Origin: Kiritimatiellia bacterium
GTDB taxonomy: Bacteria; Verrucomicrobiota; Kiritimatiellia; CAIQIC01; Lenti-01
NCBI GenBank assembly: GCA_017527155.1
Contig: JAFXQI010000027.1
Span: forward strand, 12,628-76,627
Reading direction: 5' to 3'
Length of the DNA: 64,000 nucleotides
The position numbers and the translations under genes were made by a program. Each line of letters starts with the position of its first letter. Position 1 is the first letter of the stretch. Under the pieces are notes generated by a model. That model saw only the letters and a list, made by a program, of their open reading frames with translations. It searched no databases and was not told where the DNA came from. Of this stretch, positions 57,410 to 64,000 are shown piece by piece.

Positions 57410-57513
57410 TTTTCCAATGATTGGAAAAAATTTTTCCAATGGTTGGAAAAAATGGGACGGATTTTCCAATGGTTGGAAAAAATTTTCGCGCATTTTCCAA
57501 TGATCGGAAAAGT
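57410..57513. repeat. Array of 4 copies of the 19-bp palindrome TTTTCCAAT(G/C)RTYGGAAAA
   Basis: Direct reading. Third array of this family. Confidence 0.75.
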
Positions 57514-58157
57514 TTTTCGGGTCGTTTTTGGGAAACAAAAGGAACAAAGGGGGCAACAAAACAAGGGGTGGACAAGGAATGTCAGACAATCATGACCATT
57601 TCCGGCAATTCATCGAGAAGGCAACTTGGACAACTACAAGAATGTCTCGAATGCCGCTTTGCGGACTTGAATGGCTGGGAGACGGGAGGAATGCCTACAT
57701 GAAAACAAAGAAAACCGCTTGGCGGACAGGAACGCTTGGAGGGCGGATGGGGGGAGACAACTTGGAGACGGAAAGGGGCGGAGCCTTTTTCCCGGGGCGC
57801 GGCTGAAAGCCGCTCCTCCCAACCGCGGGCGGGACGCCCGCGCTCCCAGTGAGCGCGGCTGGAAGCCGCACATCCGGAGGAGGGGGGTGGGAGGGATTTC
57901 AGCCGCAAAGGACACAAAGGGCACAGAGGGGGGGGAGGCGGGAGGGAGGCGGATGGACCGTCGGGGGGAAAAAGGGGGCAGAGCGCGAAACACCCGACCC
58001 TTGGAAAACTCCCGCGCGGGGACGGGATTCGGGCTTGCCAGGCAACGGTTGTTTTGGGTAAAAGAGCGGCGTGTACAGGAAATCCGGAAATGGAGGAAAG
58101 CCCGTGGATTTGAAGGCGAAATGGAATCGGTGGAGGCCGGTCGGGAGCGCGGAAACG

Positions 58158-60032
58158 ATGGCGGCGGGGCTGGCGCTTTGGTTCGCCGCGGTGAGCGTGC
58201 TGTTCGCGACGCCGATGGCCGTCGAGGGAATCGGCGGGACACGGGCGTTGTGGCCGATGGGGGTCGGTGTCGTCACGGGGGGCTTGCTGGGCGGGGCGGG
58301 CATGCTTTTCGCGGCATTCGGCGGAGGGGGGTTCGCGGTGGAGGAGTACGGGCGCAAGCGCGGCGGATGGAGGGTCTTGGCGTGGTGGCTGGCCGGGGCG
58401 CTGCCGGCGTTGGTGCTGGGATGCGCCTGGAACGGGGTTCTGGCGGCGCCCGCGGCGTGGCGCCGGGGGGACCGTCGCGGGACGGCGGCGGCGGCGGCGG
58501 GAGCGGTGTTGCTGGGCGGGGTCGCGCTGGCAACCCGTTTTTCCCGCGATGTGCGGGCGGGCGCGTGGCCGGTGCCGCTGTGGGCGGTAACGGCGCTCAA
58601 CGCGGTCTCGGCGGCCCTGCTGCTGCGGGGGCTGTGGCGTTTGGGCGGCCGCGCGGATTTCCTGCGGCGCACGGCGTGGACGATGGCCGCGCTGGCGGCG
58701 GCGGGGCTGGCGCTCTGGCCGGGATGGCGCGTCGGGCGGCAGGTCCGCCGCGCGGAGGATGCGATGGCGGTGCTTTGGGCGGAGACGGAATGGCCGGGCG
58801 GTCGGGCGATGCCGCCGGTGGCGGAAGCGGACGACCCCGTGGCGGCCCTGGATGCCACCGCGCTGGAGGCCTCGGAGGGCGAATGGCGCCGCTTCGCGGA
58901 GGAGCTTGATGCCGGACGGCGTCCCGGATGCCCGGCTTACCCGCTGGCGGACGCCGAGTGCGCGGCGGCGGAGGCGTGGCTCGCGGCGCATCCGGACGCG
59001 CTGGGGAAGGCGGTGGCGGTGTCGTCTCCCGGCTACCGCTCGTGCCTGCCGGGCGCGGCGGCGCCGGAGGATTACGGTCCCGCAGGCATCGCCTGGCTGG
59101 AACCGCGGCTGGACGGCTGCCTGGACTGGTGCCGCCCGCTCCTGCTCCGGGCGGCGGTGGCGCTGGCGCGGGGCGATACGGCGGCGGCCATGACGGACAT
59201 CCGGCTCGTCCATTCGCTGGCGGAGCGGCTGATGGGCGAGGGGTGCTTCATCGGACAGCTCATGGGGGTTGCCGTGGCGGACATGCTGCCCGCCGTGGCC
59301 GGACAGCGCTTCGACCTCTGGACGGACGGCGAACTGGAGGCGCTCGCGGCTCTCGCCGGCTCGTATGCCGGTGCGGCGGAGCGTTCGTGGCGGCTGGCGG
59401 TCGGAAACGAGGCGGCGTTTTTCGACGGGTGCCTGCGGGTGGTCGAAGCGGACTTCGCCAAAACCGGCATCGTGGACATCGACGGGGAGAAGGCGGAGGG
59501 GATGCGCATGGAGTCGCCTACCGCGCCGCGGCCGTCGCAGGATTTCGTGGCGTTCCGGCACTGGATGGCGACCGAGCGGCTGGCGTACGCCCGCGGGCTG
59601 CTGCGCCTGCATCGGTCCCTCGCGGCGGCGCTGGCGCTTCCGGCGGGGCCGGAGCGGGCGGCCGCGCTCTCCGCGCTCAAGGCCGACGCCGGGGAAACGG
59701 AAAAGCGCCTGCCGCATCTCGCGGCGTTGTGTTTTCCGACCGTGGACGGCTTCGTGAACCTGGGAACGCACGGCGGAAACCACGCGTCGGCCATGCGCGC
59801 CGCGGTGGCGGTGGAGCGCTGGCGGCGGACCCACGGCGGGGCGCTGCCGGAGTCGCTGGAGGTGCTGGTCCCGGACTGGCTGGACGCGGTGCCGTCCGAC
59901 GGGGAACTGGGCGCCCCGATGCATCTCGAAAAAGGGGAGGACGGGCGGAGCTTCGCAATCCGGCGCCCGGAGGGTGCCGGGTGGCGGCAGTTCAAGGGGT
60001 GGTTTCGGGTGGGTGGGGGTCAAGGTCTCTAG
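58158..60032 (+). CDS. Hypothetical membrane protein with a large soluble C-terminal domain. The start is uncertain (GTG 58071 or ATG 58158).
   Basis: N-terminal TM helices (AAGLALWFAAVSVLFATPMAV; WRVLAWWLAGALPALVLGCAWNGVLAAPAAW). Third-position GC codon bias is on the + strand, and the overlapping minus ORF is an Arg-rich shadow. It ends in the CTAG palindrome. Confidence 0.5.
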   Translation: MAAGLALWFAAVSVLFATPMAVEGIGGTRALWPMGVGVVTGGLLGGAGMLFAAFGGGGFAVEEYGRKRGGWRVLAWWLAGALPALVLGCAWNGVLAAPAAWRRGDRRGTAAAAAGAVLLGGVALATRFSRDVRAGAWPVPLWAVTALNAVSAALLLRGLWRLGGRADFLRRTAWTMAALAAAGLALWPGWRVGRQVRRAEDAMAVLWAETEWPGGRAMPPVAEADDPVAALDATALEASEGEWRRFAEELDAGRRPGCPAYPLADAECAAAEAWLAAHPDALGKAVAVSSPGYRSCLPGAAAPEDYGPAGIAWLEPRLDGCLDWCRPLLLRAAVALARGDTAAAMTDIRLVHSLAERLMGEGCFIGQLMGVAVADMLPAVAGQRFDLWTDGELEALAALAGSYAGAAERSWRLAVGNEAAFFDGCLRVVEADFAKTGIVDIDGEKAEGMRMESPTAPRPSQDFVAFRHWMATERLAYARGLLRLHRSLAAALALPAGPERAAALSALKADAGETEKRLPHLAALCFPTVDGFVNLGTHGGNHASAMRAAVAVERWRRTHGGALPESLEVLVPDWLDAVPSDGELGAPMHLEKGEDGRSFAIRRPEGAGWRQFKGWFRVGGGQGL

Positions 60033-60284
60033 ATATCTGGAGCCGGAAAGGGTCTGGCTCCTTTCCCCTGCGTTTCAAGCACTGGGAGGACGGGCGCCCT
60101 CGCCCGTCTTCGTGCATGGGGCGCGCAAAAGGGGCGGCCCGGATGCCAGTTGGAGAAGGCCCAAAGGGAAAGGCAAGGAAAAGAGGCCGGACTCCGAATC
60201 AGGTCCATTTCTCCCGTTATCCAGCCGTTTCCTCGCGGGCGGGAGGCTGGCGCTTTGGCAGGCCGGGCGCCTCCCTTTCGCTTT

Positions 60285-60357
60285 GGACGGGCGGGGGCGC
60301 CCGTCCTCCCAGTTCTGGGGCATCCCTTGCGCTTGGGACGGGCGGGGGCGCCCGTCC
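60285..60357. terminator. Two tandem GC-rich perfect hairpins (GGACGGGCG-GGGG-CGCCCGTCC) between a convergent hypothetical gene and dnaB
   Basis: Hairpins at 60285-60306 and 60336-60357 within ~50-bp tandem direct repeats (cgctttggacgggcgggggcgcccgtcc). Confidence 0.4.
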
Positions 60358-60500
60358 CCCCAGTCCGGGAGGGGCATTTGCAATTACGGGAAAAGCTGGG
60401 GTTTTCTGGGATTTTGGGGCATGGAAGAGGCCATGAAAATGTGCGGCCTGCCGGTGGGGGGTGGATGGGGAAGCGGGCGGGGTGGCCGCGCGCCGGCGGG

Positions 60501-61907
60501 TCACTCGTCGGGGGAGGCGGTTTCGATGCGGTTGTCGAAGCGGGTGTAGTCGGCGAAGAAGTTGAGGCGGACTTCGCCGGTGGGGCCGTTGCGGTGTTTG
60601 GCGACGTCGACGATGGCCAGGGTCAGGTCGTCGCTGTCTTTGCCTTCTTTGTAGTAGCTGGGACGGCGGAGGAGGAAGACGATGTCGGCGTCCTGTTCGA
60701 TGGCGCCGGAGTCGCGCAGGTCGGAGAGTTTGGGGATGGCGTCTTTTCCGCGGCTTTCGGGGGCGCGGGAGAATTGGCTGAGCACCAGGACGGGGACCTG
60801 GAGTTCCTTGGCCATGGCTTTGAGGTTCTGGGAGATGGCAGCGGTTTCCTGCTGGCGGCCGTCGCGGGCGCGAGCGGAGCAGTTCAACAGCTGGAGGTAG
60901 TCGACGACGATGAATTCGATGCCGTATTTGCGCTTGAGGCGGCGGGCGCGGGAGCGGAGTTCTTCGACTTCGAGGCCGGCGGTGTCGTCGACGTAGATGG
61001 GGGCGCGGGAGAGTTCGTCGGCGGCCTGGACGAGCTGGGCGTGGTCGCCGGCGCCGAGGCGTCCGGTGGAAAGGTCCTTGGCGGAGACGTGGGCGCGGCA
61101 GCAGATCATGCGGCGGACGAGGGCTTCGGCGGACATCTCCAGGCTGAAGACGGCGACGGGGCGGACGGGCTGGCGGCGGGCGCCGGTGGCGACGTTTTCG
61201 GCGATGTTGAGGGCAAGGGAGGTTTTGCCCATGGAGGGACGGGCGGCCAGGATGAGGAGGTCGCTCTTTTGCATGCCGAGGAGTTTGGCGTCGATGTCGA
61301 CGAAGCCGGTGGAGATGCCGGTGAGGGACTTTTTTTCGGAAAGGAGGCGCTCGGCTTCGACCATTTCCTGTTTGACGAGGTCGCGCCAGGGTTTTTCGGT
61401 GCCGGCACGGTTTTCGGAGAGGGCGAAGAAGGCGGATTCGGCGCGCTCGAGGACGCCTTCGGCGCCGAGGTCGGCGCGGTAGCAGGATTCGGTGACTTCG
61501 CGGGCGGCGTCGAGGACGCGCCGGAGGAGGTGGTTTTCGAAGACGCGCTTGATGTAGTATTCGGCGTAGGCGACGGAGGTGGCGCGGGAGACGATGGCCA
61601 GGAGGGCGTCTTCGCCGCCGGCGGCTTCGAGGCGCCCGGTCTGGGTGAGGTGTTCGACGAGGGCCGGGATTTCGAGGGGGCGGTGGGCGGCCGCCATCTC
61701 GAGCATGGCTTCGTAGATGGTGCGGTGGCCGCTGAGGTAGAAGGATTCGGGGACGAGTTGGTGGACGCGGCAGAGGTCGAGCATGGTCTCGGGGTCGAGG
61801 AGGACGGCCCCGAGGGCGATGGCCTCGGCTTCTTCGCTGTAGGGCGGGAGCAAAGCGCCGGGACGGGCGGCCGAAGCCTCCCGTCCCGTTGGGTCCGGAA
61901 TGGACAT
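60501..61907 (-). CDS. dnaB: Replicative DNA helicase
   Basis: N-terminal domain PPYSEEAEAIALGAVLLDP, Walker A ARPSMGKTSLALN, IVVDYLQLL, QFSRAPESR. Confidence 0.9.
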   Translation of the reverse strand: MSIPDPTGREASAARPGALLPPYSEEAEAIALGAVLLDPETMLDLCRVHQLVPESFYLSGHRTIYEAMLEMAAAHRPLEIPALVEHLTQTGRLEAAGGEDALLAIVSRATSVAYAEYYIKRVFENHLLRRVLDAAREVTESCYRADLGAEGVLERAESAFFALSENRAGTEKPWRDLVKQEMVEAERLLSEKKSLTGISTGFVDIDAKLLGMQKSDLLILAARPSMGKTSLALNIAENVATGARRQPVRPVAVFSLEMSAEALVRRMICCRAHVSAKDLSTGRLGAGDHAQLVQAADELSRAPIYVDDTAGLEVEELRSRARRLKRKYGIEFIVVDYLQLLNCSARARDGRQQETAAISQNLKAMAKELQVPVLVLSQFSRAPESRGKDAIPKLSDLRDSGAIEQDADIVFLLRRPSYYKEGKDSDDLTLAIVDVAKHRNGPTGEVRLNFFADYTRFDNRIETASPDE

Positions 61908-61940
61908 GGTGATGGGGCTGGCGCGGGGGTGAAGGGCGGG

Positions 61941-62429
61941 TTATTCCGCGGCTTCGGGGGCCGGCTCGGCCTTCTTTTCGGCGACGACCTTGACTTTGAG
62001 GTGGCCGTGGACTTCGGGATGGAGGTGCAGGGTGACTTCGTGGTCGCCGAGGGCCTTGAAGGGTTCGTAGATGACGAGCTGCTTCTTGTCCATCTCGATG
62101 CCCTTGGCGGCAAGGGCGGCGAGGATTTCGGGGGCGCCGACGGAGCCGAAGAGGCGGCCGTCTTCGTTGGCCTTGACGGGGCAGGTGACGGTGACTTTTT
62201 CGAGTTTCTTGAGGAGGGCTTCGGCGGCCTTCTTTTCTTCGGCAAGGCGGGCGGCGGCTTCTTCGCGCTTCTTTTCGATGAGGCGCTTGGTGCCGGGGGT
62301 CATGACGACGGCGGCCTTGCGGGGGAAGAGGTAGTTGCGGGCGTAGCCGGCCTTGACTTTGCAGGCGTCGCCGGAGCGGCCGAGGCCTTCGACATCTTCC
62401 AAGAGAATGACTTCGATGGGTTTGCCCAT
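61941..62429 (-). CDS. rplI: 50S ribosomal protein L9
   Basis: MGKPIEVILLEDVEGLGRSGDACKVKAGYARNYLFPRKAA. Confidence 0.9.
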   Translation of the reverse strand: MGKPIEVILLEDVEGLGRSGDACKVKAGYARNYLFPRKAAVVMTPGTKRLIEKKREEAAARLAEEKKAAEALLKKLEKVTVTCPVKANEDGRLFGSVGAPEILAALAAKGIEMDKKQLVIYEPFKALGDHEVTLHLHPEVHGHLKVKVVAEKKAEPAPEAAE

Positions 62430-62490
62430 GGTGGGTTGTGCTCCTTTCGGGGTGCGTTGTGTGTGTTGGGGGGATGGGTCCGCGCGCGGC

Positions 62491-62733
62491 TCAGGGCAAC
62501 AGGCCCATGACGCGGGCGCGGCGGATGGCGCGCTTGACCTGGCGCTGCTGGTGGGCGTTGGCGCCGGTGATGCGGCCGGGGAGGATCTTGCCGCGCTCGG
62601 TCATGAATTTCTTGAGGAATTCGTAGTCGCGGTAATCGACCTGCTGGTCGGCCTTGAGCATGCGGTTGCGTTTGCGGGAGCGCTCTTCGAGCGGGTCGCG
62701 GGCGGGGCGTTTCTTGCTGCTTTTCTTGATCAT
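62491..62733 (-). CDS. rpsR: 30S ribosomal protein S18
   Basis: [42 protein letters not shown]. Confidence 0.9.
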   Translation of the reverse strand: MIKKSSKKRPARDPLEERSRKRNRMLKADQQVDYRDYEFLKKFMTERGKILPGRITGANAHQQRQVKRAIRRARVMGLLP

Positions 62734-62751
62734 CGTGGTTTTACTCCATGT

Positions 62752-63204
62752 TTAGAAAGGGACGTCTTCTTCGTCGCCGGGTTTCGAGAGGGGCTCTTCG
62801 TAGGCGGGGGCCTGCGGGGGCGGCGGGGCGGAGGCGGCGGGGGCGGGCGCGGGTGCGCCGGCGGCGCCGCGGCGGCCGCCGAGGAACTGGACGCGGTCGG
62901 CACGGACTTTGAGGCGGGAGCGCTTGACGTGGGTCTCGCGGTCTTCCCACTGGTCCATCTGGAGGCGGCCCTCGATGAAGACGGGGGAGCCTTTGGACAG
63001 GTGCTGCTGGCAGTTCTCGGCCTGGCGGTCCCAGACGTCGACGTCGACGTAGACGGTGCGCTCGACGCGCTCGCCGGCCTTGGAGAGGTAGGCCTCGTTG
63101 ACGGCGAGCCGCAGGGTGGAGACGGCGGTGCCGGCGGGGATGCGGCGCAGGTCGGGGTCCTGGGTCAGGTTCCCGATGAGGAAGACTTTATTGAGCGACG
63201 CCAT
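62752..63204 (-). CDS. ssb: Single-stranded DNA-binding protein
   Basis: MASLNKVFLIGNLTQDPDLRR is the OB fold. The tail is Gly/Pro-rich and ends in the acidic DEEDVPF. Confidence 0.9.
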   Translation of the reverse strand: MASLNKVFLIGNLTQDPDLRRIPAGTAVSTLRLAVNEAYLSKAGERVERTVYVDVDVWDRQAENCQQHLSKGSPVFIEGRLQMDQWEDRETHVKRSRLKVRADRVQFLGGRRGAAGAPAPAPAASAPPPPQAPAYEEPLSKPGDEEDVPF

Positions 63205-63514
63205 CTGCGGGTTCCTTGGCGGGTGCGGCGGCAGGGGCGTGCACCACCTGGATGCGGAACACCTGCGGGTTGAGTTTGAGGCGGGCGTGCAGGGGGGCGA
63301 CCTGGGCGCCGTCGAGCTGGAAGGCGAGCAGGACGTAGTGGCCGCCCTGCTGTTTCTTCATTTCGCGGGCGAATTCGCGCTTGCCCAGGCGGGTGGCGCT
63401 GGTCATCTTGCCGCCGAGTTTTTCGATTTCCGCGCGGACGGCCTCGACGGCCTCGTCGCAGTCGGTGTCTTTCAGGGATTCCTGAAAGATGATCATGGCT
63501 TCGTATTTGTTCAC
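63188..63514 (-). CDS. rpsF: 30S ribosomal protein S6
   Basis: MNKYEAMIIFQESLKD...GKREFAREMKKQQGGHYVLLAFQ. The conserved rpsF-ssb-rpsR-rplI order is kept. Confidence 0.85.
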   Translation of the reverse strand: MNKYEAMIIFQESLKDTDCDEAVEAVRAEIEKLGGKMTSATRLGKREFAREMKKQQGGHYVLLAFQLDGAQVAPLHARLKLNPQVFRIQVVHAPAAAPAKEPADGVAQ

Positions 63515-63527
63515 GGTGTTGTTCTCC

Positions 63528-64000
63528 TCATCCGTTGTAGCGGTTCATGGCCGGCTCCACGCCCTCGGCAAGCAGGCAGTCGAGCGCTTCCGCGGCGCGG
63601 TCGGCCGTTTCGGCCAGCGTGCGGAAGGCGCCTGCATCCATACGTTCCAGGACGTGGTCCGTCAAACTTTTTCCTTCTTCCTGTTCGCCGACGCCGACGC
63701 GGATGCGGACGAAGGCGTCCGATCCGGCGCGCTCGATGACCGACTTGAGTCCGTTGTGCCCGCCGGCGCTGCCCTGCGCGCGGATGCGCAGGGTGCCGGC
63801 GGGGATGTGGACGTCGTCGACCACCACGACCAGGTCCTTCGCGGTCAGGCCGCCCTTGCGCATGAGGGAGGGGAGGATGTCCCCGCTGCAGTTCATGTAG
63901 GTGAGCGGTTTGACGAGCAGGACGGTCCCGGCGCCCTCGATGGAGCATTTGGCGGACTGGTAGGACTTGAGGCAGGGGCGGCGGAAGGCCGCGCCGTGCC
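63528..64000 (-). CDS. pth: Peptidyl-tRNA hydrolase. The 5' end lies beyond the window end.
   Basis: GAGTVLLVKPLTYMNCSGDILPSLMRKGG...VVVVDDVHIPAGTLRIRAQGSAGGHNGLKS. The frame stays open upstream of 63896 through to 64000. Confidence 0.8.
   Translation of the reverse strand, partial: HGAAFRRPCLKSYQSAKCSIEGAGTVLLVKPLTYMNCSGDILPSLMRKGGLTAKDLVVVVDDVHIPAGTLRIRAQGSAGGHNGLKSVIERAGSDAFVRIRVGVGEQEEGKSLTDHVLERMDAGAFRTLAETADRAAEALDCLLAEGVEPAMNRYNG

Noticed and set aside
57582-60023. 813-aa minus-strand ORF opposite the 58158..60032 gene
   Set aside because: Arg-rich shadow (RRRQRGHRPRR...). The + strand has the codon-position GC pattern and TM helices of a real protein.
1-64000. tRNA or rRNA genes
   Set aside because: I could not recognise any cloverleaf-type conserved segments (for example a GGTTCGAATCC T-loop) or rRNA-like stretches. 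None is reported, though a tRNA could be missed without a scanner.

Overview
This 64-kb window comes from a ~70% GC chromosome of a Gram-negative bacterium; lpxA, LptF/G, a heptosyltransferase and a beta-barrel OMP are present. Long ORFs on the opposite strand of real genes are read here as shadows of high-GC coding sequence. The window spans the replication-origin neighbourhood. dnaA and dnaN are on the minus strand with an AT-rich, DnaA-box-bearing intergenic region, and dnaB with rplI-rpsR-ssb-rpsF-pth lies at the right end. Conserved housekeeping genes are gatC/gatA/gatB, mnmE/mnmG, lpxA, thiL, ppdK, nadK, tlyA, a reverse rubrerythrin and a secreted GH13 amylase. A recC-recB-recD-vsr operon is also present. 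I recognised no rRNA, tRNA or CRISPR. The window is unusually rich in small repeat families: an imperfect-palindrome hairpin element, a TTTTCCGTAATCTCA motif with a 9-codon micro-ORF in a 4x tandem array, arrays of a 19-bp TTTTCCAAT(C/G)ATTGGAAAA palindrome, (GTGAAAA)n elements, a GGACGCGC-AGAA-GCGCGTCC hairpin, and CTAGATATCTAG all-frame-stop palindromes. Three of these repeats sit in frame inside the CDSs of recB, mnmG and a hypothetical gene. The most system-like accessory region is 50.6-60.5 kb at the 3' end of dnaB. It holds a 1,6xx-aa DEDDh-exonuclease + RecQ + UvrD-like tri-domain helicase, a lower-GC KilA-N gene and a hypothetical membrane-protein gene. These are separated by related junction repeats and by a displaced duplicate of the dnaB 3' end, consistent with serial site-specific insertions.
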